Shown here: positions 28,730-45,979 of the stretch, one piece after another
Numbering within the stretch: the stretch's first letter is position 1
Layout of the letters: each line of letters starts with the position of its first letter
Source of the DNA: the human T2T-CHM13v2.0 reference genome, Homo sapiens
Direction: 5' to 3' (one strand)
DNA: 64,000 bases
Assembly (NCBI RefSeq): GCF_009914755.1
Contig: NC_060939.1
The notes under the pieces: model-generated
The model's database searches: none
Seen by the model: only the letters and a program-made list of their open reading frames with translations
Told to the model about the DNA's origin: nothing
Program-made: the position numbers and the translations under genes

Positions 28730-29698
28730 GTGAGCTATTCTTATTTTGTGTTCTTCAAATGGCCGTGAAATGTGAACCAGAAAAAGCTACCCCCTTCACT
28801 TTTTTTTTTTTTAAAGAAATCTCAGCTTGTTGAAAGAGATCCTTTCTTTCCATAGGCAAATTTGGCCAAATTTAGCTCTTCTCCTGAAACATGGACCTTT
28901 TTGCTCCAAAGTGAAGGGTTCTTTCATAAGGAAATCAAAGCACTTGGTATTTTGAATAATGGTTTATTCAAAAAGAACTTGATTGACTCAGCAAAGTACC
29001 TCAAATTCTTGTTTGTCTGCTTTTACCATGTTAAACCTGAACATAAAATGCAAATTATTTGGTCTAGTTATTTAAAATTTTGAAACATTAAGTTAAAAGC
29101 TATTTGGAAACAAGTTATTATTTTTTCTTTTCTGTCATGATTGGGTGAATATAACTGGCTTGTAGAGTCTGATGTTAATAAAACAAATTCTTTGGGGAAA
29201 GAGGTGAGCCTCTCCGCTGTAAATCAGTAATTGTAAAAGAACTAGTGTTTAGGTAAATGACTGCTACCTGACCTCTATTATTCTAGAAGACTGAAGAGGG
29301 TATTTTTATTCAGTAGTGAAACACTTAAAAGCTTCTAAAATATTTGAAATTGTGCTTTAAAAAAATGCACAGTTTAATACATATCAGTTTATAGGAAGGA
29401 AAGCTATTCCCAGAAATTCTCAAAACAGAAATTATGCAGGATTAGCAGTATAGCATTATTGGCTCCCAAGGCTCTTGGTTACAGAATTACCATTGAAAAT
29501 TTTATCAAAAGCAGCCTTGTCCCTGATAGCTGCCGAATCATTTTTAAAAAGGGGGGTGGATGGGAAGATGGGAGAGAAAGTAGAAAAGGATATGTGTTTA
29601 TTAAACCTTAACATGGGATCCATTTAAACTTTTGATGTTATTTATATCTGAATATACAGAATTAACACTATAAAGAGCCTGCTAAGACTAGACTTCCA

Positions 29699-30003
29699 GG
29701 CTGAGCACGGTGACTCATGCCTGTAGTCCCAGCATTTTGGGAGGCTGAGGCAGGTGGATAGCCTGAGCTCAGGAGTTTGAGACCAGCCTGGGCAACATAG
29801 TGAAACCCCATCTCTATCAAAAATACAAAAAATTAGCTGGGTGTGGTGGCACATGCCTGTGGTCCCCACTACTTGGGAGGCTGGGGTGGGAGGATCACTT
29901 GAACCTGGGCGGTGGAGGTTTCAGTAAGCCGAGATTGCACCACTGTACTCCAACCTGGATGACGGAGTGAGACCTCATCTCCCCACCCCCCAAAAAAGAA
30001 AAG
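29699..30003 (+). mobile_element. Alu (intron 3); an antisense FLAM-like monomer follows at ~30254-30372
   Basis: Alu consensus. Confidence 0.92.
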
Positions 30004-30796
30004 ATTTCCAAATATTAGGTACATATACTAATATTATGAGATTCTCAACATAAGAAGATTGTTTTTCTGAAACAATAATGTATTTTTGAAAAGTCACTTA
30101 GAGGACCAGAAACATTTTTTAAAAGCCCTACCAAGATTTAATACATGGTATAAAGTTATTGATTTTTGGGCATTCAAAAAAGTATTGAGATTAATTATTA
30201 AAGTAGACAGTATAGTACTGTAGAAAGAATAGGGAGGATCCAAGTTCAGTAGTTTTGTTTGTTTTTTGAGTCAGGGTCTTGCTATGGTGTGAAGGCTGGC
30301 CTTGAACTTCTGGGCTCATGCAGTCTTCCCAAGTTGCTGGAACTACAGGCGTGCGCCACTATGCCATGCTCAGTATTTTTTAGCTGTATTTCTGACTTTT
30401 ATCAAATCATTCAATCTGCTTTTCTATCAATAATAGTATATAACACTAAATACTTAAGGTTTATTAATGGTGTGGTAGGGATTCTCATCCCAATTGCTTA
30501 TTAGAGATTTTTATCCCAGTTTGATAGATGAGGAAACCAGAGAGGTTAAGCAGTTTGCGCTGACACCACAGCTAGTAAGTGGCATTGCTGGAATTCAGGT
30601 CTGGGTCTATATGACTCTAGAGCTTGTGAGTCTATCCTGCCCCTAATACATGTATTTGTGTAGCTTACCTTCAAAGGGACGATGTGAAGATAAATGAGAT
30701 AACGGATGGGAATGTACTTTAAATTTCACATAGTTTGTATTTTTCAAAGTATTTAAAATGATGTGGTATACTAATGAGAAATTTTAATTTTCAAAG

Positions 30797-30910
30797 CTTC
30801 ACTTAAAGGACAAGAAGCGATTTGAAAAAGCTAACCAGGATTCAGGTCCCGGTTTGAGTCTTGAAGAATTTATTGCTTTTGAGCATCCTGAAGAAGTTGA
30901 TTATATGACG
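30797..30910 (+). CDS. RCN2: RCN2 coding exon 4 (LHLKDKKRF ... EEVDYMT)
   Basis: ttttcaaag|CTT acceptor; ACG|gtaag donor; 114 nt. Confidence 0.97.
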
Positions 30911-30957
30911 GTAAGAAAGAAACATTTTTAAGAGAATTATTGAGTGACCAAAACTTT

Positions 30958-32029
<1,072 letters not shown>

Positions 32030-33177
32030 AGTAACCAAAACTTTAAAACCTGTTCATTAAGTTGTTAAAATGAATTGTATAACCAGAATTTTAAGAGATA
32101 CACAGATTTAAAATGATGCTCATTCTCCCCACTTAAAATTAGGCTTGGTAAGGAGGCTTTCTTGTGGTGACGAAGTTGCTTATTGGGAGGGAGAAGGTGA
32201 AAGACTGAATTTTTAAATCTCTGTACTATGTATGAACAGCAGGCTTCCTCAGGCTATTTTCTCTCATAACTGTGTTACCTTCAGTGCCTTCCTTATCCTT
32301 TTGTAGCTTTCAGATTTTTTTTGGTTTTTCAATGTTAGTAATATTAGGATTTCTGTTTAATTTACAACATCACTTATGAAAGCTTTTGGTCTGGAAAAAC
32401 ATCATGTTTGGATTCTTCATAGGGTTGGTAGGGGTGCAGCTGCTAGTTAACTAGTAATGTTTTTGCAATTTTAAGTATAATGAGTCCTCTCATCCCTTTA
32501 ATATTTAAAATAAGTACCAGTTTTTCAAAACTTTTGTTGAATTGTAAGTTTAACTCAACAAACATAAATTGAGTCCCTATTATGACTTGGCCAAGCTTGA
32601 AAGCATAAACCATCACACTGGGAAATAAAGACTAATGTAACAAATAGCTTTTTAAAAAAGAGACTAAACATTTATATTGAAGTCTGTTGCATGACATCAG
32701 CCTCCAGCTACGTGGCTTGGTTCCCTGGATATTTCAAAGAAGGAAGATATATCTTTTTGTTTAATGTGTCATGGTAGACCCTGCTGCCTTGCATAACAAG
32801 GCTGCAGATACATTTTTCTCCATAGCTCAGTGGTAAGACACTGTCATTAATACCACTTCTCTTGCCATTGTGAAGCTTCTAATTTCTCATTGGCACAGAA
32901 TACATGACCCAGTTTAAGAACAGTGCTGGGTGTAATTTAAGTACCAAAATTAAGTTGGGAAAAGCTAATTGAGCCCAAGAATGACAGGCAAAGGATGCTA
33001 GATCTTGATTCTCTGGAGAATAAGGAACAATTGAAGACTAAAGAGGGGAATTACCAGTAAAAGCAATGAAATAATTTAGGCATAATGTGATACGGCCCAG
33101 AGTTCTATCTGGCAATTGAATGAAATAGATTTGAGCAACATTTTGAAGAAAGCATATGCAGGAATGTTGACTTACTA

Positions 33178-33800
<623 letters not shown>

Positions 33801-34458
33801 GAGATAGGAAGATATTGAGGAAAGTACTGAAACAGCTGGCCATTGAACAGGTCATCTTTAGGGAAAAGGATTGGTTGTTTGATAAGAAGCTTTGATAAGA
33901 GGGAGGAACAGATTTGGGGGCAGTTTGGGATGGATAGGGCTAGGTTTGCTGAAGGGGAAGCAAGGAGATTGAGGTATAATGGCGGGCTGGTACATTTTAG
34001 ATCTGGAGGCAGAACAGCAGTTCTAAGGTAAGGGCTCTTTTAGGGTTGTTCATGGATTGGAGGGCAAATGAAGTTAAAGACAAAGGTAGTATAAGATGCT
34101 TTTCTTGAGAGGGAGAGATGTGCGGAAAATAGCATGAGAGTAACGCTGAGGTTGTTTATGAGAGTGAAAGTGGAGTTCTTCACAATATCAGAAGCTTAAG
34201 GATGTTGAATTTAAAGCTACATAGTACTTCAGGTTTTATTCTTGCTTCTAAATTCCAGTGTTTAGAAGGATTGTCTTGAAGATATGGACAACCAAAGTGA
34301 TTTTTCCTGTATAAGTACCTTACTAGCTGATTGCACCACTAGAGCTCCAAAAATTATCATTTATTTCTAAAGAAGTTCTGTAGTAGAATTGAATCGGATG
34401 GCAGTGGGACTGAACATTTTGTAACTTTTTTTTTTCTTTTTTAATGAACGTGGAATAG

Positions 34459-34555
34459 GAATTTGTCATTCAAGAAGCTTTAGAAGAACATGACAAAAAT
34501 GGTGATGGATTTGTTAGTTTGGAAGAATTTCTTGGTGATTACAGGTGGGATCCAA
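34459..34555 (+). CDS. RCN2: RCN2 coding exon 5 (EFVIQEAL ... [21 protein letters not shown])
   Basis: aatag|GAA acceptor; A|gtaag donor; 97 nt; canonical EF-hand loop; contains the LEEFLG motif known to bind papillomavirus E6. Confidence 0.97.
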
Positions 34556-35447
34556 GTAAGTCACCTGGGAGAATGTGAAAAGAGAAAAGGAATTGAAGAA
34601 AGACATTGAAAGACAGCCTTGCTCATTGAAAGCTCTCTTCAACAGGAAATGTAATGAGGATCTGTGTCTGATCCTACTTGTTTCGTTAACTGTAATACAA
34701 GTTCAACAAATGGATTTATAGCTTATCTGAGAACGCTGTCTTGCTTACTTTTACTTCCGTGTCTAGAGTCAAACATTTTTCTTTCTTTTCAAACAAATCT
34801 AATTTTATTATCAGTTTAAATGGGGAAGGAAGTAAGGTAGATATTTTTAAACAAAATCCTGTGCTGTTGCAGGTGGATCTTAAAAGAGATAGAAACATAA
34901 AACACTACAAATACTGGTGTAAACACAGTATCAGAAGCTTAGTAGAAGGTGAATAAGTGTTTGAAATTAAGAGTTTGCTTTTATATAAGCAGCTGTTTTT
35001 TCAGAATTGTTGCTTAAAGACACCAAACAATGCCATTTTTAAATTGGTCACCAGTTTTACTTATTCTGATTGTCACTTTAAAATTACACATGGCATTACT
35101 TTGTGAAAACATGTAAGAAACTTTGTATAGAAACATGATATACAGTAAAACATTACCCACCTCACATCTGGGAAAACTAGATATCGGAACAAATAGCAGT
35201 TAACAAAATTACTAGTTTGTGAAAACATCCAATGATTTTAAAACTGGGTTGTTTAGACTCGTGTCACTTTTGAAAATGACTATATATTTGTTCTTATGTC
35301 AGGACTTTTCAGTTAAGTAGTTCTGTTTTATTGGGCTTTCTTTAGTAAACTTTAAATTCACTTCCTTTATTCTAGGGATATACCAAACTTCTTATTGGAT
35401 ACATGTGATATTCTTGTGTATGTATATTTGTGTTTTTTTATATTAAG

Positions 35448-35590
35448 CTGCAAATGAAGATCCAGAATGGATACTTGTTGAGAAAGACAGATTCGTGAAT
35501 GATTATGACAAAGATAACGATGGCAGGCTTGATCCCCAAGAGCTGTTACCTTGGGTAGTACCTAATAATCAGGGCATTGCACAAGAGGAG
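35448..35590 (+). CDS. RCN2: RCN2 coding exon 6 (ANEDPEW ... [12 protein letters not shown] ... AQEE)
   Basis: tattaag|CT acceptor; GAG|gtaag donor; 143 nt. Confidence 0.97.
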
Positions 35591-36107
35591 GTAAGTGTTA
35601 CAGAACAACTGTTTCTCTCCACCCCCTCCCCCCGAATTTGGTGCTGTTGATAGGAAAAGAAGTTCAAAATCTTAAGCCAAAGAAAGAAGTAATGGAGTTA
35701 TTTGGGATTGATGCATTACTATGTTTTGAATTTACGAACTGTTTAGATTGTCAGGGAGACGAGGAAGTTAAGATTGTGTCATGTATTAATTTGAGAGTAC
35801 AGTGAATAGAATAATAGTTTGTATTTACCTACAGGGACTCAAAACAGGTTATAATAATTTTTCATTGCCTTGATATATCCTGGATTGGATTTGAGTGGAG
35901 AGAGACAGAACCCAGCAGAAATGAAGAAAGGAGATAATGGGAAAAGCAGTAGACGGACCTGGTTACAACGTGTAACATTTTTAGATACTTAAACAATAAT
36001 GAGTACTTGTACACCTGGATGATTTTGACAAGTCAAATCACATTAAATTGTGAACATCTTGCTGAAAATACTTATTACACTTGACACTTTTTTGTTTTAT
36101 TTTGAAG

Positions 36108-36260
36108 GCGCTTCATCTAATTGATGAAATGGATTTGAATGGTGACAAAAAGCTCTCTGAAGAAGAGATTCTGGAAAACCCGGACTTGTTTCTCACCAGT
36201 GAAGCCACAGATTATGGCAGACAGCTCCATGATGACTATTTCTATCATGATGAGCTTTAA
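36108..36260 (+). CDS. RCN2: RCN2 last coding exon ([20 protein letters not shown] ... YHDEL*)
   Basis: tttgaag|GCG acceptor; ends CAT GAT GAG CTT TAA (HDEL ER-retention signal). Exon sum is 954 nt = 317 aa plus stop. Confidence 0.98.
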   Translation, partial: ALHLIDEMDLNGDKKLSEEEILENPDLFLTSEATDYGRQLHDDYFYHDEL

Positions 36261-36918
36261 TCTCCGAGCCTGTCTCAGTAGAGTACTGGCTCCTTTTATA
36301 ATTTGTTACCAGCTTTACTTTTGTGATAAAATATTGATGTTGTATTTTACACTCTTAAGTCTTAACCACAGTCAGAATTATCTTAATGTAGATTATAATT
36401 TTGGTCTTTTAGGAAAAAAAAACAAAAATCTGATATTTATTTCAAAACGTATTGAAGCAACAAAATATTAATATTGTGCCATATGACAACAAAGTCTTTC
36501 CTAAATACTCCATCTGTTTAGTACTGTATTGTGGAATATTTGAGTTCTATTTCCATACTTGAAAACATGGAGGATTTTAGAGATGCCTGAACAATATTAT
36601 TTAAGTAGTATGTGACCGAGCTATAAATTTTTGTTTTTGTTCTAAGTAGATTTAATTTGGGAACTGACAGGACAATGTTTTTAGGTTTAGCATTTTGTTT
36701 AAAAACCTTTAAAGAAACCTTTAGAAGGACTTAGACCTCACATATTAATGTTGAGAAGTTCTGCTTAATTTTAAAATGGTTTCTATAAAGGGTTTTATTG
36801 TATGAAATAGAACTTTATATTTTTGCATATGTATAGATAGTAATTATATTTAATGTATAACTATAGCATTATGGTGAGTGGAATTTGACATTGTCCAAAC
36901 CTTTTTCATTTTTGAGTG

Positions 36919-36924
36919 ATTAAA
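36919..36924 (+). terminator. RCN2: Proximal poly(A) signal ATTAAA of RCN2
   Basis: ATTAAA followed ~15-35 nt later by a GU/U-rich element (tgtatatgtttgtttgctttt). Confidence 0.65.
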
Positions 36925-37384
36925 AATGAAATGTCCTTTGTATATGTTTGTTTGCTTTTCTTTAACTTTCAGATAAATATTGAATTTAGCATAGGTTTTG
37001 TGGTATTGTACATTATCTTGCCTCATCCATTCCTTTATGTGGATAGTTCCCAAAACTGTCAAATTATTCTTGCTGCATTTTCTTATTTTTTTTTTAAATA
37101 AGAGAATCATGTTATAATATAATTGAATGTGCACCTGACACATTTTAATAATTGGTGTTGTAGCAAATGTGGTTTTGCTCTTTGGGGCTATAAATAATCT
37201 TGAGTAACGCAGGTTGGAATTACCAATAGAGCTGGTCAGTTATCAACAGTAGAGCTCAGTATCAATTTTACTGAAATTAAAATCATACTTGATAAGCATG
37301 ATAATCAATTTTAACCTAATTCAGCAGGTCAACTTATTTAACTTTGGTGGAGGTGGGATAGGGAAAAGTGAAGGGAGGAATTAA

Positions 37385-37727
<343 letters not shown>

Positions 37728-38209
37728 CTAGTTTTTCATTCTTTAAATCACTTTTATTTGTGGGTGAAGAGGTCAGCTATGCATTCTCTTAATCACTTTC
37801 CAGCCTAAAGTTGTCTCATATACAGCACACTGGGGGCTCAACAAGTACCTATGACTATTTGAGAAGACATGAAACTCTTCTCTGATAGAATCGACTGCAC
37901 CTATATACCTCTCTACTGCCGCATCTTTGCTGATGTGAGGTGTGCTTGCAAATTGTAAGCTTCCACACCTTAATGACTGCTTGCTTGGGTATCTACATGG
38001 TTTTCATTTTAACCTACAATATATGTCTGGCTATAGCAGTTTTAGAATTACAGATTTACCACTATCACTCATCTGTCATTTGTCAGACTCACTGAAGCTG
38101 GCATATTTGAAATCACCAGTTTGACTAGTTAACTATTTGTTTTTCTCTCTAGCTTCTCCAAAATCTATGCCAGAATAGATCATCAGATATGGATTATATT
38201 TCAATCCTT

Positions 38210-38575
38210 TGCAGAAATGCAATGTCTGTACTACTTTCCTTCCTAGCATAAAGAAAACTACACTTCCCAGCCCTCTTGTAGGTAGGCGATGGCTAGTTCT
38301 GACCAGTTAAACATGGGTGGAAGTAGTGTGTGTCACTATCAGACTATCTCATGACAAACCCTTTTCCTCTGCCACAGCACTGTGCAGGAGGCCTCAGCTG
38401 AAATGGTGCAGCCACAAGATGAAAGTGGCTTTGATCTTGAGTCTGTGTAGGTCAGCTGGATCCACAGTGGGCTTTGTATGATCAAAAAATAAGCTTTTAA
38501 TTATGTTAAGCCACTGAGACTTGGTTGTGCTTTTTTGTTTTTAACCACAGCAGAGCCCATCCTGCTGTGACTGAG
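38210..38575 (+). mobile_element. MLT1-family MaLR LTR
   Basis: aactacacttcccagcc ... gttctgacca ... tgttaagccactgagacttgg pattern. Confidence 0.65.
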
Positions 38576-39059
38576 TGAAGATTTCACATTTAACAATAGG
38601 CTTTTAATAAGCATGCAGAGAAAAAGAATCATCTGCTTGAACAGAGATGCTATATCTACTGCTGAGTCAAAATAGAAAATTTTAAGCCTTTTTTTAGATT
38701 TGAATTTTAAATAAGACTTTTAAAATAAAGCTTTTATTTTGGTTTTAATATAATTAGGATAATTTGAATTTATCCTTGAGCATGAGAGTAAAAATAGTTT
38801 GAGACTTTCTGAATCATTGGCTGATTCTGCCTGAAGGACTTAATGACTTCCATTATTTGAGTTCAGGTACAACTTCAAAGGGGAAAATTGAATGGGATGT
38901 GCACATGTTGGCTCATATGTAGTTCTGATTGGGCCAATTTGCAGGACAGAAAATGATGTCTAGATTATGATATAAATTTAAAGGAAGCCAGGACGTTCAG
39001 AGGAAAAGCTAGCATATCATGTTTGCCTTACTTAGTTCTTTCCTTTGCAGTTTTAAAAA

Positions 39060-41170
<2,111 letters not shown>

Positions 41171-41409
41171 GTCTCTACAGTTTTGCCTGTTCCAGAATAT
41201 CATTCCTTTGCAATTTAAATGTGAGGATAAATGTATGCTATTGTTTCTCAAACGTTTTTGTGTTACAATACCTCCTTTTGAGTGAGAAATGTCAACTCAA
41301 ACTTACACTTTTTCACTTAGGAAGATGATTTAGGAAAGCCACTTAGAGTAAAAGTTTTTAAACAACTGTAAAAACTAATTTGCTTCATTGCAACATTTGA
41401 GTTCTGTCG

Positions 41410-41415
41410 AATAAA
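41410..41415 (+). terminator. RCN2: Candidate distal poly(A) signal AATAAA (long 3' UTR)
   Basis: AATAAA in non-repeat sequence after the L1/Alu block, with a T-rich stretch downstream; usage is inferred. Confidence 0.4.
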
Positions 41416-42372
41416 TATTTGGCCAGATTTCCTGCCTGCTATAAAATTTTTTATAACTAGTAACCAATTACCTAAGGGCCTCCAGTGCAGCTACTAAAAC
41501 GTCTCTATTTTATTTGGCGGGGGGGGGGGAAACACCTCAATCCAAGCACAAAAAAAACAAGTACTGCTGAATACCTACAGTTTGCCCTATCTTTATCTCA
41601 AATTAACCAGTTAGTTCCTGAGCTGTAGAAAGGAAACCATTTGAGCTTATAAAACTATTTTAAAGTGATTATGGGGATTTTTAAAAATCTCATAGCTTTT
41701 AATCATGATTTTTCATACCTTAAAGAAAAAAACCCTACTTTTGCTTTCTGTTCCACAGAGATATTTTTCTTCTGAGACCAGGTTCCAATGAACAGAGGGC
41801 ATCAACATTTTGCTCAGTTATTGTACCATTAGCAGTGATTGGTAACCTAAGTAGAGAGACTGTTCCATTACAATGACACACTAAAAGCATAAACTAAGGT
41901 CTTTTTGTGCCAGCTGCTGGCCTGTCTGAATTAATGCTTTGTTGTTCCGTCTACAACAAATGATGTCATGCAAGTGATTTATTTTGTAAGAGTACTCTGT
42001 AATGAAAAACTTGATTGAAGTTAATTGTGGACTCCCTTCATGGTGGTAAGGAGGCTAGGCTGAGGCTGAGCTATGACTAAGCTACAGTTATTTTACCTCG
42101 CTGTCATATAGCAATTAGTCTTTAGCCCTTCCACTTTACAATCCCAAATGACTAGGCAAAACTCTCCTAAACTTCCAAATAACCCACCAAAGCAAAACAA
42201 CTATTACTAGGAGCTTAGAGAAGGAAAGAGGCAAGAATGATTTACTTTGATGCCACCTTCCTTCTGCTAAATTTAAAGATGTAAGAAAATCTAATTTATA
42301 AAATTTCATTTGGCAAAAAGAAAAGGTAAAAAGTTTACCTGGAAATCAATTGTCCTACATTAAAGTGAAAAA

Positions 42373-42684
42373 GGCCAGGCACAGTGGCTCATGCCTGCAA
42401 TCCTAGCACTTTGGGAGGCTGAGGCGGGAGATTTGCTTGAGGATAGGAGTTCAAGACCAGCCTGGGTAACACAGGGAGACCTCATCTCTACAAAAAAAAA
42501 AAAAAAAAAAAAAATTAGCATGATGTGGTGGCTTGTGTCTGTAGTCCCAGCTACTTAGGAGGCTGAGGCAGGAGGATTACTTGAGCCCAGGAGGTTGAGG
42601 CTGCAGTGAGCTGTGATAACACCACTGCACTCCAGCCTGGACAACAGCATAAGACCCTGTCTCAGAAAGAAAAAAAAGAAAAAG
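42373..42684 (+). mobile_element. AluJ
   Basis: Alu consensus with expanded middle A-tract. Confidence 0.92.
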
Positions 42685-43209
42685 TAAGCTCCTTGAGGGC
42701 TGCAACTGTTTCTTCATCACTGTATCTCCCCTGCCCAGCATGTGATTAGGACATACTAGATAGTCACTGAATAAATTTACTAATAGAATGATACAAGATG
42801 AGAGAGAGCTGACACATTATCAGTTTATTTCAGTCACTGTGTTTTTTAATGTCTCTTAGTCTGTTCTTGTGATCTTTATATTCTTTATCTCTTTGGATAT
42901 TTAAATATATCTTAAAATACTTTGGGATTGTTCTGTTAATTCTTGTGGTGGTCCCATCTGTTAGTTCACTAACTCGCATGTGGTTTGCACACTTTGACTG
43001 ACTGCATCTTAATGAGCTGTTTTCATGGGAGTCAGGTGTGTCCAAGACGGTGGAAGTGTCCTTAAGCAGCATGATTTCCAATTTACCTCTTTATTAAGCC
43101 CTGTGGGTTTTGTCAGTTCTGGACAGGTTGAGCAGGAGCTGGATTCCTCATATAAGGACAAGCATGAAGTGGGGGAGGCCCTTGTAAGGCCCATTTGAAA
43201 ATATATGTG

Positions 43210-44720
43210 GGTACAGTAGTTAAGACAGCATGGTGTGGTACTGGCATAAGGATAGGCATATAGATCAATGGATTCAAATTGAGAGTTCAGCAATAAAATC
43301 TCACATTTATAGACAAGAGTATCAAGAAAATTCAATGGAGAAAGAATAACTTCTTCAACAAATGATGCTGGAACAACTGGATAGCTACATGCAAAAGAAT
43401 GAAACAAAAATATAGATAAATTGGACTTTATCAAAATTAAAAATTTTGTGCTTCAAAGACACTACCGAGAAAGTGAGAAGATAACGTATAGAATGAGAGA
43501 AAATATTTGCAAACCATATACTTGCTAAGTGATTTATATTTATATATCTAGAATATATAAATAATTCTTATAACTCAATAACTAAGAAACAAAACAACAA
43601 ATCACCCAATTACAATATGGGCAAATTATCAGAATAGATTTGTATCCAAAGAAGATACACAAATGGCCAACCAACACATGAGAAGATGCTCATTAGGGAA
43701 ATACAAATAAAAACCACACTGAAATACCACTTCAGATCCATTTAAACGTGTGTCTATAATGAAAAAGCAGACAACAAGTGTTGGAGAGGATGTGGAGAAA
43801 TTGGAACCCTCATACCTTGCTGGTGGGAATGCAAAATGATCCATTTGCTTTGGAAAACACAGTCTGGCAGTTCCTCAAAAAGTTAAATACAGAGTTACCA
43901 TATGACCAAGCAATTCTACTCGCAGGTATATACCCAAGGGAAATGAAAACATATCCACACAAAAACGTGTGCAAGAATGTTCATAGCAGAACTATTATAT
44001 TAGCCCCTAAAACGGAATCAATCTGTACTTTCATCAGGTGATAAATGGATAAAATAAAACATGGTGTAGATCTATTCAATGGAATATTATTCAACCATAA
44101 AAAGCAATAAAGTACTGATATGTGCTATAACATGGATGAACCTTAAAAACATTATCCTAAGTGAAAGTAGCCAATCATTAAAGTCCACATATTGTATAAT
44201 TCCATTTATGTGAAATGTATAGAGACAAAGTATGTTAATGTTTGCCTCGGCCTGAGGATAGAGGTATGGAGTGTTGGCTAATAAGTACCTGATTTCTTTT
44301 TGGGGTGATGAAAATATTCTAAAATTAGATTATGGTGATAGTTGCACAATACTCTGAGTATACTAAAAACCACTGGATTGTGCACTTTATTTTCTTAAAA
44401 TTTTTTAATTTTTAATTTTTGTGGGACATAGTAGGTATATATATTTATGGGATACAAGAGATGTTTTGATACACTTATGCAATGTGAAATAAGCACATCA
44501 TAGAGAATGGGGTATCAATCCCCTCAAGCATTTGTCCTTTAAGTTACAAACAATCCACTTACACTCCTTAAGTGTTTAAAGTTATTTTAAAATGTACAAT
44601 TAAGTTATTTTTGACCATAGTTACTCTGTTGTGCTCTCAAATAGTAGGTCTTAATCATTCTTTTTTTTTTACTCAAATTGTGCACCGTAAATGGGTGAAT
44701 TTTAAGGCATGTGAATTATA
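43210..44720 (+). mobile_element. L1MB/L1ME 3' fragment (ORF2 end plus 3' UTR); antisense L1MA piece nested at ~44390-44670
   Basis: ORF 43778-44041 (VWQFLKKLNTELPYDQAILL) is L1 ORF2-like. Confidence 0.85.
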
Positions 44721-44978
44721 TCATCATAAGCCCATTTTAAAAAGAAAAAACATAACTCACATGGCTTTCCCACCAGAAAGCCACTCCTCAGAAGGCTTCA
44801 CTAATCAGTGTGAGCCAAGAATAGTGACGACCACCTGAGAGAGAAGCACATCCTTACCAGAGATGGTCACCAACCCCCACCTGGCTCCACCCGCCCCCCA
44901 GCAAACTACACAACTACCCCACCCCACTGCAATCCCCTGAAATTTAGTGCTCAATGAGAGCACCCTTGGGACATTTTA

Positions 44979-45330
<352 letters not shown>

Positions 45331-45439
45331 CAGGGTCAGGAACCCTAGGATGCTACAATTTATGAGACAGTCTTGTATAAGAACTAATTGTCCTCTGTCT
45401 TTCATGGTTTTAGAACATCCCATGGGCATTCACGTAGAT

Positions 45440-45979
45440 CAGTGGTCCCCAACCTTTTTGGCACCAGGGAGGGGTTTTGTGGAAGACAATTTTTCCATGG
45501 ACCCAGGGTTGTGGGGATGGTTTCAGGATGATCCAAGTGCATTACATTTATTGTGCTTTTTATTTCTATTATTATTATTACATTATCATATATAATGAAA
45601 TAATTATATTAATACAACTTACCATAATGTAGATTCAGTGGGAGCCCTGAGTTTGTTTTCCTGCAACTAGATGGTCCCATCTGAGGGTGATAGGAGATAG
45701 TGACAGATCATCAGGCATTAGATTCTCATAAGGAGCATGCAACCTAGATCCCTCGCATGCGCAGTTCACAGTAGGGTTCGAATCCTTGGAGAATCTAATG
45801 CCATCACTGATCTGACAGGACGCGGAGCTCAGGCAGTAACGAGAGTGATGGGAAGCAGCTGTAAATACAGATGCAGCATCACTCCCTCGCCTGCCCGCCA
45901 CTCAGCTCCTGCTGTGCATCTGGTTCCTAACAGGCCATGAACCGGTACTGGTCTGTGGCCCAGGGGTTGCAGACCCCTG
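45440..45979. mobile_element. MER1A (hAT-Charlie)
   Basis: cagtggtccccaacc ... ggttgcagacccctg termini; 8-bp TSD a[c/t]gtagat. Confidence 0.85.

Noticed and set aside
36139-36471. 110-aa alternative-frame ORF overlapping the last exon
   Set aside because: The frame is closed by TAA four codons after the exon-7 acceptor, so splicing cannot reach it; it would need internal initiation, and the sequence looks like AT-rich UTR.
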